Assembly: GCA_963798845.1 (NCBI GenBank)
Contig: CAWCUS010000006.1
Span: forward strand, 1-64,000
Source: an uncultured Gemmatimonadales bacterium
GTDB taxonomy: Bacteria > Gemmatimonadota > Gemmatimonadetes > Longimicrobiales > RSA9
Direction: 5' to 3'
DNA length: 64,000 nt
Shown here: piece by piece, positions 38,976 through 49,509 of the stretch
Layout: each line of letters begins with the position of its first letter
Numbering within the stretch: position 1 is the stretch's first letter
The notes under the pieces: generated by a model
What the model was told of the DNA's origin: nothing
Database searches by the model: none
Seen by the model: the letters and a program-made list of their open reading frames with translations, nothing else
Translations under genes and position numbers: made by a program

Positions 38976-41900
38976 TCAGCCGCCGCCGGCCGCCGGGGCG
39001 GGATCGGCGTGGGAGCCGCCCTCCGGCGGGGCACTCGCCACGGCCGCCGTCGTCTCGAGCCCGAGGGTGCGCCCTTTCGTCGTGGCCGGGATCCCTTCCG
39101 TCATCCACACCGGCGCCGGCGCGCCCTTGAGGTAATGGTCGAAGAACTGCTGCATGCGGATGTTCCAGTCGCGGATGTCCGCCGCGGTCGTGGGCCAGTG
39201 CGGTGCGTCGTTGTAGACGATCATCCACGCCGGCTTCTCCAGGCGGCGCAGCCCGAGGAACAACTCGATCCCCTGTTCCCACGGCACCGCGCTGTCGTGG
39301 TCGTTGTGCATGATGAGGAGCGGTGTCTTCACCTTGTCCAGGTGGAAGAGCGGGCTGTTCTCGATGTAGCGCGGAGTGTCGTTCCACAGTGAGCCGCCGA
39401 TCCGGCTCTGCGTCCGCTCGTACTGGAACATCCGGCTCATCCCGGTGCCCCAGCGGATGCCCCCGTACGCGCTCGTCATGTTGGAAACGGGAGCGCCCGC
39501 CTCGGCGGCGGCGAAGAGGTCCGTCTTCGTCACCATGTACGCGATCTGGTATCCGCCCCACGAATGCCCCTGGACGCCCACGTGCCTGGCGTCCACCCAC
39601 GGCTCTGCGGCGAGCTTCAGCACGCCCGGCATGACCGCGTCCATGGCGCTTTCGCCAGGATAGCCGTCCTCGTAGACCACATCGGGCTCGAAGACGATGT
39701 AGCCGCGGCTGGCGTAGAAGGTGGGTCGGATCACCGACCGGTGCGGGAGCGGCGGCGCGTGCGCGTGCAGCTCGTCGCTGCTCCGCTCGTAAAACGTCAC
39801 CATCATCGGGTACTGCTTCGTCGGGTCGAAGTCCTCCGGCTTGTACAGCAGCCCGTCGAGCGGAATGCCATCGGTCGACAGCCAGTGCACGAGCTCCACC
39901 GTCGACCAGTTGTACTCCGCCTGCTGGGGGTTGGCGTCGCTGACGCGATGCGCTCCGCCGAACGACGCGTCCGCGACCCAGAGGTCGGGGAACTCGGACA
40001 CGTCCTCGCGCGTGTACAGCAGCACGTCGGCATCGCGCGCCCGGTCGACACGGCGGTACAGCTTCGGCTCGTACACCAGGGGCTCGGGCGTGGCGCTCCC
40101 CGAGACGCGGTCGCGGAAGAAGCCGGCGTCCCTGGTCTCCAGCTGGAACGCCGACAGCAGCAGCGGCGCGTCGGCAGGGACTGCGTCCCCGTCCGGATCC
40201 AGGTCCAGGTAGCGCAGGCGCAGCTCGTTCTCCCGACCGTACTGCTCGGTGATGGCCCGGGGCGAGCCCCGCCCGTCGGGTGAAACTGCCCAGATGTCGT
40301 AGCGGTCGTAGATCAGCACCGCCCGGTCGCCCTCGGTCCACCCTGCCATCCCGTACGGGGAGGGCATCATGGGATGGTCGTCGTCCTCGTCCCAGAGCGG
40401 GTACGGGATCTTCGACGTGACCGCCGCCGGCGCGTCCCCGTCCACCGGCATCGCCATCCACTGCCGCGCGCGGTAGTCGTACCAGGCGACGTGCTTCGCC
40501 TCCGGCGACAGCGCCATTCGCGACACCTGCCCGTCCTCCAGCACCCGCCGCCGCTCACCCGAGCGCACGTCGATGATCCAGATGTCCGCGTGCTCCGGCG
40601 CGTCGATGCCCACGAGGTGGCGGTACGGCACCCCCGTCTCCGCCACTGCAACGTCGGCGTCGCCCTTCCCGCCCACTTCCACTTCGGGCATGGCTTCCGT
40701 GGCCAGCTGGACGATGGCGCCGCCGCGGTCCAGGAGCGCCACGGCCCGGTACGTCCGCTTCCGTTCGCGGTCCGCCTCGAGCTTCTGCATCGGCTGGATC
40801 AGCGGGTCCTGCCAGTTCCACACGTCCAGCTCCACCTTCTCGTCGTCCAGAAGCGTGTCCTCCGGCTCGGGCGCGGGCCGGGGCGCGGTCCCGAAGAAGA
40901 GCCGGCGGCCGTTCTCGGAGAACGTCACCTCTCCGTTCCGGCTCACCCACCATCCCGGTGGGATCCCGTCCGCCCCCTCGGCGACCAGCCGCCTGGCCGC
41001 CTCCTCGCCCTCCTTCCAGTGGTACAGCGCGAACGAGGGCTGGTCGGCCTCGACGTCGTCCCGGTCCGTCACGAACGCCAGCTGGCGCCCGTCCCCGCTG
41101 AGCGCCATCCGCTCGTAGGCGCCCTCACCCGCGAGCACCATCCGGCTCTCCCCCGTCGCCGTTTCGACGACGTACACCCCGTCCCCGCTCCCATCATCGC
41201 TCGACGCCGCGTACGCAGCGCGCCGGCCATCGTCTGCCAGCGCGTACGACGTGACTCGCTCGAACCGGCGCTCCGCCCCGGTGGCAAGGTCCCGCAGCAC
41301 GAGCGTGAAAGTGTCCGGCTTCTTCCGCTCCTTCCCGGATTCCGCCTTCTCCTCCGGGGCCGCGGGCGCGGCCTCCGGCTGGACCGGCTCCGGTGCCGCC
41401 TGCCCCGGCTCCGCGTCGTCCGCCTCCTTCCGCGCCGGCTTCTCCGGCTCCTGGAGGTACGCGACCATGAAACCGCCCTCCTCCGGCAGCGTCCAGGATT
41501 CGAGCCCCGCCACGCGCGTGACCTCACCCGTCGCCAGGTCGAGGATCCCCAGCGTATCGGGGGGCATGGCGTCCTTCTTCGTCTTGGCCAGCTTCAGCAC
41601 CCGCACGGAGTCGTGGGCAGGGACGATCGTGAAGACCACCGTGCGGGAGTCGGGCGCGAAAGCGGCGTCCCCGACCCGCTCGACCCGGACCCGGGCCGCC
41701 GATGCGGTCCCCGCCGGCGCCACCACCAGCGCCGCATTCCCCACGCGCGGCTCCAGGCGGTAGAGCACCCACGCGCCATCGGGCGAGATCCGCTCTCCGC
41801 GGATAGTCTTCCAGATGTCGTAGGCCCCGTGGTCCAGCACTTTCTTCTGGGCCGAGGCGCCGCCCGCGAGCGTCAGCGTCGCAAGCAGTGAAATGGCGGC

Positions 41901-41990
41901 CGTCGCGGCCGCGGAGCGGAGCGCGGTGAACGCGGCGGGTGCCCCGCGGCGTCCCGCGGCTGGTGTCGCAGCGGAAATGGAAGCCTTCAT
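38976..41990 (-). CDS. Secreted S9-family (prolyl oligopeptidase/acylaminoacyl) serine peptidase
   Basis: Signal peptide, beta-propeller region, nucleophile GHSWGG, D in NDHDSAV and H in APHW. Confidence 0.92.
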   Translation of the reverse strand: MKASISAATPAAGRRGAPAAFTALRSAAATAAISLLATLTLAGGASAQKKVLDHGAYDIWKTIRGERISPDGAWVLYRLEPRVGNAALVVAPAGTASAARVRVERVGDAAFAPDSRTVVFTIVPAHDSVRVLKLAKTKKDAMPPDTLGILDLATGEVTRVAGLESWTLPEEGGFMVAYLQEPEKPARKEADDAEPGQAAPEPVQPEAAPAAPEEKAESGKERKKPDTFTLVLRDLATGAERRFERVTSYALADDGRRAAYAASSDDGSGDGVYVVETATGESRMVLAGEGAYERMALSGDGRQLAFVTDRDDVEADQPSFALYHWKEGEEAARRLVAEGADGIPPGWWVSRNGEVTFSENGRRLFFGTAPRPAPEPEDTLLDDEKVELDVWNWQDPLIQPMQKLEADRERKRTYRAVALLDRGGAIVQLATEAMPEVEVGGKGDADVAVAETGVPYRHLVGIDAPEHADIWIIDVRSGERRRVLEDGQVSRMALSPEAKHVAWYDYRARQWMAMPVDGDAPAAVTSKIPYPLWDEDDDHPMMPSPYGMAGWTEGDRAVLIYDRYDIWAVSPDGRGSPRAITEQYGRENELRLRYLDLDPDGDAVPADAPLLLSAFQLETRDAGFFRDRVSGSATPEPLVYEPKLYRRVDRARDADVLLYTREDVSEFPDLWVADASFGGAHRVSDANPQQAEYNWSTVELVHWLSTDGIPLDGLLYKPEDFDPTKQYPMMVTFYERSSDELHAHAPPLPHRSVIRPTFYASRGYIVFEPDVVYEDGYPGESAMDAVMPGVLKLAAEPWVDARHVGVQGHSWGGYQIAYMVTKTDLFAAAEAGAPVSNMTSAYGGIRWGTGMSRMFQYERTQSRIGGSLWNDTPRYIENSPLFHLDKVKTPLLIMHNDHDSAVPWEQGIELFLGLRRLEKPAWMIVYNDAPHWPTTAADIRDWNIRMQQFFDHYLKGAPAPVWMTEGIPATTKGRTLGLETTAAVASAPPEGGSHADPAPAAGGG

Positions 41991-42139
41991 CGGTCTCGCT
42001 TCGGCTCGGGTGCGCTCGGGTCGGTCCGGCCATGGGAGCGGCCGGGCGGAGAGGGGCTGCGCCGAAAGTGGCGGGTGAGCCCGTGTCCGGTCAACGGGGC
42101 GTCGTCGTCCGGGCGAGACCGCATCGCGGCGGTCCTGCG

Positions 42140-44503
42140 CTAAAGAGTCCTCGCGGTCCGGCGAGGCAGGCGCAGGGTGAACGTGCTGCCTTCGCCGGGC
42201 GTGCTCCCCGCAGTGACATCACCGCCCAGGAGCCGGGCCTGGCGGCGGGCGATGGTGAGCCCGAGACCGGTACCCCCCTTCTCCCGTGTGCTGGACGAGT
42301 CCAGCTGCACGAAAGGCTCGAAGATCTCTTCGAGACGGTCGGGGGGGATGCCCGGGCCGGCGTCCCGCACGCGCACCTCGACCCATGCTTCGTCCCCGCC
42401 GACCTGGACGTCCACATCGCCTCGGGAGTGCTTCTCGGCGTTGCCGATCAGGTTGACCAGGATCTGTCTCACCTTCCCCTCGTCGGTGAACGCCGGGATG
42501 GGCTCCTTTGCACCGTGCAGGTGGATGCCTGCGGGCTCGCCTGAGGCCGGGGCGAACATGCCGAAGGCGTCCCGCACCACGGCCGCGAAGTCCACATCCG
42601 CGAGCCGCATCTGCTCCTTCCCCGCCTCCGAGCGAGAGAACGTGAGGATCTCGTCGATGATGTGGACGAGGTGCCAGGCACTCCGCCGGATCCGGTCGAG
42701 CGCCACCTTCTGCTTCACCGACATCTCCCCGAGCACTTCCGTCTCCAGGAGGTCGGACATGCCGATGACCGCGGTGAGCGGCGTGCGCAGCTCGTGGCTC
42801 ATGGTGGAGAGGAACTGGCTCTTCACCCGGCTCGCCTCCTCCGCCGCGTCTTTCGCCGCCCGCAGTCCCTCTTCCGCTTCCTTCCGCTCCGTCACGTCCG
42901 TGGCCGCCCCGACCCACTCCACCACCTCACCCAGCTCGTCCAGGAGCGGCACCGCGCGCGAGAGCAGCCATGCCGTGCTACCGTCCGCGCGCCGAACGCG
43001 GTGCTCCTGCTCGAACACGCTCTTCGCCTCCATCGCCACGAGGACGGCCGCCGCCACCGCGGCCCGGTCCTCCGGATGGACGAATTCGCTGATCCAGAGC
43101 TCGCCCCGCTCGCCCGGATTCGCCAGCGACGCAGGCCCGCCGAGCGTGCGCACCTCGGTCCAGTCGTGGTTGATCCGGAAGACCACCTCCGAGCTCGCGG
43201 TCACCAGCGCACGGAAGCGTTCCTCACTCCTGCGCAGCGCCTGCTCGGCCGCGAGCCGCTCCGTGACGTCCAGCAGCGCCCCCACCGCCCCCACGATGGC
43301 GCCGCTATCGCCGTAGATCGGGGAGACGTTGTTGAGGTAGTAGCGACGCTCGTCGGTGTCGAACTTCTGGTTGCGGACCAGCTCGTTGCGCGTGTGCTCG
43401 CCGTGGTGCAGCGCCCGCGCCATCGCCCACTCCTCTGCGGTGATCCGCTCGCCCGTTTCCGGCCACCAGCCGACCCATTCGGCGTAGCTCTCCCACGATC
43501 CGGTCTCCGGCGGCACACCCCACAGCTCGCGGGTGGCGGCGTTGTCGCGCACGATCCGCCCCTCGGAGTCCGCGATGACGACGCCGACCGGGAGCGCCTC
43601 CAGGATCACGTCCAGCATCGTCCGCTCCTGTTCGAGCGCTTCCACCGTGTCCCTGAGTGCCGCCTCCGACTTCTTCCGCGCCGTCACGTCTTCCGCCACG
43701 ATGATCGCCCCCAACACCGCCCCGTCCGCTCCGAGGTACGGCGTAGCCGTGACGCGCACCCACCGCTCTCCGCCGTCGCCCAGCGTCCGCAGGAGCTCCA
43801 CGCCCGGCCGGACGGCTTCGCCTCGCAGCGCACGCGCCCCCGGCCATTCCGACGCGTCCAGCGGCCGCCCATCTTCGCTCCAGCCGCGCCAGCGCGGACC
43901 CGCCTCCGGGTCCGTGGCTGCCAGCTTCCCGGGCGCGAGCCTGTCGAGCACGGGGTTCTTGAAGATCCAGTTCCCGTTGGCGTCCACCATCCCCGCGCCC
44001 ACCGGCAGCTGGTCCAGAAATGCCTGGAGACGCTCCTGGCTCCGCCGCCCCGCCTCGTGCGCCGCCCTGCGGGCCGTCGTGTCCTGGAAGTAGACCGACA
44101 GCCCCGACTCCCCCGGGTAGATGCGCACGTCCATCCACATTTGGAGCGTCGGGGAGAAGGTCTCGAACGACACCGGCTCGCGCTGGTCGGCCGCACGCTG
44201 GTGCATTTGGAAGCCTTCCGCCTCATCCGGCTGCGGGAAGAGCTCCCACAAAGAGCGACCCAGCAGATCTTCCCGCTTCTGACCCCAGAGCTCCTCCGTC
44301 CTGCGATTCACGTACGTCAGGCGCCAGTCGTAGTCCACCGCGTAGAACGCGTCCGTGATGCTCTCGAGGATCTCGACGGTGCGCTGATGCGCGGCACGCA
44401 GTTCATCCTCGGCGGACACGTCGCCGGCCACCGATCCTTCGGTGGGGTCCGGCGCACGCACCGCATCCGACCCGGTTCCTTCCCGGTGGTCCTTCCCTGC
44501 CAT
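42140..44503 (-). CDS. Cytoplasmic multi-PAS sensor histidine kinase
   Basis: About four PAS/PAC repeats (D.T.RK/ER), MSHELRTP, NLIGNA, DAGPGI and GGTGLGL. Confidence 0.93.
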   Translation of the reverse strand: MAGKDHREGTGSDAVRAPDPTEGSVAGDVSAEDELRAAHQRTVEILESITDAFYAVDYDWRLTYVNRRTEELWGQKREDLLGRSLWELFPQPDEAEGFQMHQRAADQREPVSFETFSPTLQMWMDVRIYPGESGLSVYFQDTTARRAAHEAGRRSQERLQAFLDQLPVGAGMVDANGNWIFKNPVLDRLAPGKLAATDPEAGPRWRGWSEDGRPLDASEWPGARALRGEAVRPGVELLRTLGDGGERWVRVTATPYLGADGAVLGAIIVAEDVTARKKSEAALRDTVEALEQERTMLDVILEALPVGVVIADSEGRIVRDNAATRELWGVPPETGSWESYAEWVGWWPETGERITAEEWAMARALHHGEHTRNELVRNQKFDTDERRYYLNNVSPIYGDSGAIVGAVGALLDVTERLAAEQALRRSEERFRALVTASSEVVFRINHDWTEVRTLGGPASLANPGERGELWISEFVHPEDRAAVAAAVLVAMEAKSVFEQEHRVRRADGSTAWLLSRAVPLLDELGEVVEWVGAATDVTERKEAEEGLRAAKDAAEEASRVKSQFLSTMSHELRTPLTAVIGMSDLLETEVLGEMSVKQKVALDRIRRSAWHLVHIIDEILTFSRSEAGKEQMRLADVDFAAVVRDAFGMFAPASGEPAGIHLHGAKEPIPAFTDEGKVRQILVNLIGNAEKHSRGDVDVQVGGDEAWVEVRVRDAGPGIPPDRLEEIFEPFVQLDSSSTREKGGTGLGLTIARRQARLLGGDVTAGSTPGEGSTFTLRLPRRTARTL

Positions 44504-44889
44504 TGGCACCTGCTCAGAAACAGGGACTCGCTTCCGCTACGCCCGGACGAAGTTCGAAGATACACCGAACCCGGCCGACGATGGAGCCCGGTCCCACCGC
44601 TCCCCCGCAGATCCGCCTTCCATCCGCCGCCGATCGCCGTCCACCCGAGGCGGTTCCACCCGGGCATCGCCGGGTCCCCCGTGGTGGCTCACTCCGCGAC
44701 AGGGTCTGTCCCGGTGCGAGACGATCGGCGGGTTGGCTGCCGTGGCGTCCGGGGACGGAGGTAGCGGCCGAGACGCGCCGCACGCCATGATTCGGGGGTC
44801 TCCCCGGCCCCCCTCGCCGGTGCCGGCCCGGATGCTGCACACCCCCTGTTTCGGTGGCCTCCGCCACCGCGGGACGACCTGTGCCGGAC

Positions 44890-44946
44890 GTTTCAGGGTT
44901 GAAACAGCTTCCTTTGGATGCGCCGGGACTCGATGTATTATCGAGT
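44890..44946 (+). promoter_or_regulatory. Candidate sigma70-type promoter with two palindromic operators upstream of the L,D-transpeptidase
   Basis: GTTTCA-N4-TGAAAC (44890-44905); TTTGGA-N17-TATTAT (44913-44941); ACTCGAT-N5-ATCGAGT (44928-44946). Confidence 0.5.
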
Positions 44947-44983
44947 GGGGGTTGTCCGCAGTTGCCGAGCGTGGAGGCAGTGC

Positions 44984-45793
44984 ATGGCCCGTCCGGGACC
45001 GGTGCCGATCCGAAGCGATGGCCCCGTCCGTCCGCGCCCGATCCCGGGCGAGGCGGTCGCGGGTCGTCGTACGACCGGCAGCGGCCTCCACGGGCTCCTC
45101 GTCTGCCTGGCCGCATGCCTGGCCGCGTGGGCCGTCCCGTCCGCGCCGCTGTCGGGGCAGGCCGTGGCGCCCGCGCCACGGGATGAGGCGGCCGGGCAGC
45201 GGATCGTCGTATCTCTCGACGCCCGTGAGTTGTGGCTCGTGGAGGGCGCGGACACGGTGTTCAGGGCCCCGGTCGCGGTGGGGCGGGACGAGGTTTTCCG
45301 GTTCGCGGGAACGACCGTGGTCTGGAGCACGCCCCGGGGCGAGCGGCGGGTGCTGGCGAAGCGGAGCGATCCAGTGTGGACGGTGCCGGAGTGGCACTAC
45401 TACGAGCGTGCCTCCGAGCAGGGGCTGCGGGTGGTCCGGATGAGGAGGGGCGGCGATTACCCGTTGCCGGACGGCTCCAGCCTCATGGTCCGCGGGGCCA
45501 ATGTGGTGCGCGTGCTGGGCGACCGGTTCTGGAAGGTGCCGCAGGGTAGCGAGATCATCATCGATGGCAAGCTGTACGTTCCTCCGGCTGGCACTGTGCA
45601 GCGGCGCATTCCCGGCGCGCTCGGCACGCGCGCGCTCGACCTGGGCGACGGCTACCTGATCCACGGCACGACGACGTACAACCGATCATCGATCGGCGCG
45701 GAGGCGAGCCACGGCTGCATCCGGATGGGTACGGCGGACATAGAGCGACTGTTCGACCTGGTCGCGGAGGGGACGCCCGTCCTCATCAAGTAG
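44984..45793 (+). CDS. L,D-transpeptidase (YkuD family)
   Basis: GGAGG RBS, N-terminal signal/TM segment, STPRG, P.W..P and catalytic YLIHGT...SHGCIRM. Confidence 0.92.
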   Translation: MARPGPVPIRSDGPVRPRPIPGEAVAGRRTTGSGLHGLLVCLAACLAAWAVPSAPLSGQAVAPAPRDEAAGQRIVVSLDARELWLVEGADTVFRAPVAVGRDEVFRFAGTTVVWSTPRGERRVLAKRSDPVWTVPEWHYYERASEQGLRVVRMRRGGDYPLPDGSSLMVRGANVVRVLGDRFWKVPQGSEIIIDGKLYVPPAGTVQRRIPGALGTRALDLGDGYLIHGTTTYNRSSIGAEASHGCIRMGTADIERLFDLVAEGTPVLIK

Positions 45794-45825
45794 GCGAGGC
45801 CGACCGTTGACGAAGGCAGGGGAAC

Positions 45826-46380
45826 ATGACGAAAAAGAAGAAATTGCTGGTGCTTGCGCTGGTCGCGTCGTCGGTGGGCGGGGCGACGGGAGTGCGGTTC
45901 CTGCACGCCCGTCACGGGCGCGGCCTTGCCTTCGGTGAAGAGGCCGAGGCGCTCGCCATGGCCCGACCGCAGCCCGACGGGTGGAGGAGCGTGCGACACG
46001 CCGTCCAGGTGGACACGCCACCCCCCCTTCAGCAGGCGCCCGGCTGGCCGTTCGAGGCGCTCCCGAGCGTCGACAAGTTCACCAGCACCGTGCCGGCGAT
46101 CCATCTCGCCAACTCCCTGACGGATTACTGGCACGAGCCCCTGCTGCGTGACGTGACGCCGTTCACGCAGCTGCTCGCCATGGAAAGCAGCGGACCGTCC
46201 GCGGCGTGGGCACTCCCCCCGCTCGCCGCAGCCGGCGGGCTGGCACTCGGCTCGCGGGAGAGCTCGATCACGCACCCGCCCACGGTCGTCCCGGAGCCTT
46301 CCACGATCCTGCTCCTGGCCACCGGGCTGCTGCTCGTGGCACTGATAGCGGCGCGCAGAAAGCGAACGGAAAGGGGCTGA
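45826..46380 (+). CDS. PEP-CTERM sorting-domain protein
   Basis: Signal peptide; C-terminal VPEPSTILLLATGLLLVALIAARRKR. Confidence 0.85.
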   Translation: MTKKKKLLVLALVASSVGGATGVRFLHARHGRGLAFGEEAEALAMARPQPDGWRSVRHAVQVDTPPPLQQAPGWPFEALPSVDKFTSTVPAIHLANSLTDYWHEPLLRDVTPFTQLLAMESSGPSAAWALPPLAAAGGLALGSRESSITHPPTVVPEPSTILLLATGLLLVALIAARRKRTERG

Positions 46381-46490
46381 ACGGCGGCCCGCCCGCGCCG
46401 CGCGTGCAGTGCGGCCGTGAACAGGCGCGCCCGGGCGGGTTGCCCCGGCGCGCCTTCGTGCGCTCGGAAGAGCCGGCGCCGCAGTGCGCG

Positions 46491-47120
46491 CTAGGGCGCG
46501 GCGGTGCCGCCCTCGGTCTCGGTCCGGTGCGCGGACAGGGCCAGGGCCGCACCGAGGCTCAACGTCAGTGAGGACACGCTCGTGCTGGATTCCTGCCCGT
46601 CCACGGTCACGCTGAAGGAGTAGCGCCGGTAGCGCGCCGTGGGGCGGATGAACAGCGAGCGGCCCGCGACGGCGATGTCGAGCCCGACGCCGCCCTCGAG
46701 CGTCCTGATCCCCTTCGTGTCCTCGCTCGAGAACGCGCCTCCTGCGATCAGTGGATCGAGGTCGTGCCAGCCGACGCCGAGCCGGACCCACGGCTGCACG
46801 CGCGCGTCTTCACGCATCGGAACCCAGAGCTGCGCTCCAACGCCCACCCCGGAGTCCACCCAGCTGTCGTCCCCGCCGCTGGCCGCGGAGTCGTCCAGCC
46901 CGAACGTGAGCCGCTCGTACGACGCGTAGGCGCCGAGCACGCGGGTGATCCGGACCGAGGCCGACGCATTCACCATCCAGCCGGTGTTGGCGCCGTCGTC
47001 GGCGAAATCGCCCAGCGGGATCGCGACGCCCCCGCCGGCGCCGAGGATCAGCGCAGGCGCTTTCTGAGCGACGGCGGAGTTGGCGACGAGCAACAGCCCG
47101 AGTGCGAGCGCGTAACGCAT
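46491..47120 (-). CDS. Outer-membrane beta-barrel protein (OmpA-like 8-strand type)
   Basis: Signal peptide AVA-Q; alternating amphipathic strands; QPWVRLGVG motif. Confidence 0.8.
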   Translation of the reverse strand: MRYALALGLLLVANSAVAQKAPALILGAGGGVAIPLGDFADDGANTGWMVNASASVRITRVLGAYASYERLTFGLDDSAASGGDDSWVDSGVGVGAQLWVPMREDARVQPWVRLGVGWHDLDPLIAGGAFSSEDTKGIRTLEGGVGLDIAVAGRSLFIRPTARYRRYSFSVTVDGQESSTSVSSLTLSLGAALALSAHRTETEGGTAAP

Positions 47121-47286
47121 GGTTTCGTCTCCGGTGGGTCCCGACGCGGAGCGCCGGCCAGGCCGTGTGGCCCGCGCAGGGTCGGGCGCGGCGGCGCAGT
47201 GATGAGTGAACGTTGCACTACTCGGGCCACGACCCGACGCACCGACTCTGTCCATGCTGCGACCCTAGGCGCAGGCAATGGGGCTG

Positions 47287-49395
47287 TCAATACGGATTGC
47301 CGGCCGGCTCGCTCTCGAGCGTGAGCACCTGGAACGGCCCGAGCTCGAATGCGTGGGGCCGCCCGGCGCGCACGGGGATCGCCTCTGCCCGTCCGCCCTC
47401 CCGCCACGGACTCGAAAGCGCGTATTCCGCGCCCGCCCCCTCCGGCAGCTCGAACGCGCTCCCCACGTCCAACTCGATGGTCTGCGGCGAGGACGAGGGG
47501 TTTCGCAGCGTGAGGATGCCCCGGCCCGGTGACCAGGCCGCCCAGCCGTACGGCTCGAGCGAACCCGGGTCGCCACCGACCCAGTGGCTGTCCACGAGCG
47601 TCCCCGCGTTCCGGCGAGCCCAGCGCGCCGCCTCGGCGATCGCAGCCCAGTCGCCCGGTCCGAGCAGGGACGGGGTGATGTACATCTCCTGGAGCTGCGT
47701 GCCCGAGCCGAAGTAGGACCGAACCTCGCTCGTGAAGTCGTGGCCGGGGTCGTCGCTCAACCCCTTTGCGTGCCGGGCGAAGATCAGCCCGTGCAGCATG
47801 AGCGCGTTGAGCGGGTAGAGCGGCCCGTTCCGGACCACTCCGGCGAAAGTGGCCGCGTCGCGGTAGGTGATCCACTGTTGCCGGGGGCTCCCGACGCCGG
47901 TGAAGGCATGGTCGTCCCCTCCGCGCCAGGTGGAGTCGGCGTAGCGGAGCCAGAACGGCGAGGGGTAGGTGCCGGTGGTGAGGTTGACGTACAGCTCGGG
48001 CTCGGCCTCCCGAAGCCGCTCGATCAGGTGGATCGCGGCGTCGAAGTCGCTGTCGAAGCGGCTTCCGCGCACGGCATGCCCGGTGTCCCCGGTGCCATCC
48101 AGCTTGAACTGGTTGATCCCGTACTTCTCCACCATGTCCAGGCAGACGCTCTCGAAGCGCGGGTAGTACTTCGGCCCGGAGAGCGCGAGACCGCCCTCGT
48201 TGATCTCGAAGCCCTGGGCGCGGGCGCTGGCCAGCCTCTCCTGGCGCGGGTCGCCGTAGCCGCCCCACGGCGACAGCCACACCCCTGGCGCGGCCCCGTA
48301 CGAAGCCGCCGCCGCGCGCAACCGCGAGAAGCCATTGGGGAAGCCCGGGCTGAAGCGCCAGAGGTCGTGGTGGTCGTCCCAGCCGTCATTGAAGAGGAAC
48401 GAGCTCAGCACCACGCCGCGCCGCTCGTGGAGCTCGCGCCCGAAGGCGTGGATCCGGTCCAGGGCCCCCGCTTCGTCGTACGGGCTGAAATAGCCGAGAT
48501 CGTACCAGGAGTTGTAGTGCAGGAAAGGCCGGTACGGGTGGGCGCGCTCGCGCTCGAGGTAGTCCAGGAACCCTCGCCGCAGCTGGCCCGTGGGCACCAC
48601 GCCGGCCACGGAGGACACGGTGGTCGGCGCTCCCGGCCGAAGGGGGAGCTCGCGGGCCAGCGTGCAGCGGACGCGGGCGGACGCGGCGTCGCCTTCGACA
48701 CGGCTCTCGCTCAAGGGGTGCTCGAAGCCCAGGAACAGGTCTCCGGCGACGACGGGCGATCCCCGCACGCTCCCGCGCACGCTCGCACCCGGAAGGACGA
48801 GGTCCCACAGCACGATCTCCCGAACCGGGACGTCTCCCCGCAGCGCCTCCAGCTCCAGCGACTGCCGCACGTGACCCGCCCCGTCTCGCAGCTCCGCCCG
48901 CCACGTGGCCCGCAGCCGCCCGTCGGGGTCCTCCAGAACGGCCGTGATCCGCCGTCCCGCGCCCCGGCTCGCCAGCCGGGACGCCCGCGGCTCCGGCGCG
49001 AGACGCTCCAGCCGCGGCCCGGACGCGAGCTTCAGCTGGGTCGCTGACAGCGACGAGCCATCGTCCAGGCGGAGGCTGAAAGCGTCCCCGGCGAGCGCCA
49101 CGTCCCGACCGTGCAGCCGGTCCCGCAATCGGACGGGGCGCAGCCGGTCCTCGTCGAAAGCCCAGGCCAGGGAGATGGCGTCGCCGGTGAGAGCGAGCTC
49201 GCGGCCCTGCCGGACGATCCGAGCCCCGCCACCCTCAGCGGCGGGGCTCGCGGACGCGCCCGGCGCACCGGCCAGCCCGAGCACTCCGGCGGGCGCCAGC
49301 GGAAGCAGAGCCAGCCCCGCGGCGCTTTCCGCCGCCCGGCTCAGGAAGTCGCGCCGCGTCAGCGTGTCGCAGCCGGCCCAGCCTCGTGCCGTCAT
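47287..49395 (-). CDS. Tat-exported clan GH-D / GH36-like glycoside hydrolase
   Basis: Tat motif TRRDFL; LHYNSWYD, NDGWDD, FPNGF, GVWLSPWGGY and nucleophile-type FKLDG. Confidence 0.8.
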   Translation of the reverse strand: MTARGWAGCDTLTRRDFLSRAAESAAGLALLPLAPAGVLGLAGAPGASASPAAEGGGARIVRQGRELALTGDAISLAWAFDEDRLRPVRLRDRLHGRDVALAGDAFSLRLDDGSSLSATQLKLASGPRLERLAPEPRASRLASRGAGRRITAVLEDPDGRLRATWRAELRDGAGHVRQSLELEALRGDVPVREIVLWDLVLPGASVRGSVRGSPVVAGDLFLGFEHPLSESRVEGDAASARVRCTLARELPLRPGAPTTVSSVAGVVPTGQLRRGFLDYLERERAHPYRPFLHYNSWYDLGYFSPYDEAGALDRIHAFGRELHERRGVVLSSFLFNDGWDDHHDLWRFSPGFPNGFSRLRAAAASYGAAPGVWLSPWGGYGDPRQERLASARAQGFEINEGGLALSGPKYYPRFESVCLDMVEKYGINQFKLDGTGDTGHAVRGSRFDSDFDAAIHLIERLREAEPELYVNLTTGTYPSPFWLRYADSTWRGGDDHAFTGVGSPRQQWITYRDAATFAGVVRNGPLYPLNALMLHGLIFARHAKGLSDDPGHDFTSEVRSYFGSGTQLQEMYITPSLLGPGDWAAIAEAARWARRNAGTLVDSHWVGGDPGSLEPYGWAAWSPGRGILTLRNPSSSPQTIELDVGSAFELPEGAGAEYALSSPWREGGRAEAIPVRAGRPHAFELGPFQVLTLESEPAGNPY

Positions 49396-49509
49396 GCCCT
49401 CCTCCGGTGCCCGCAGACGCCATCCGGGATGCAGGGGAGAATGGGATCGGCGCTGGGACGCGGCAAGCTGACCGCGGCACAGACGCGAGCCGGCGCCGAA
49501 GGACCCGAC

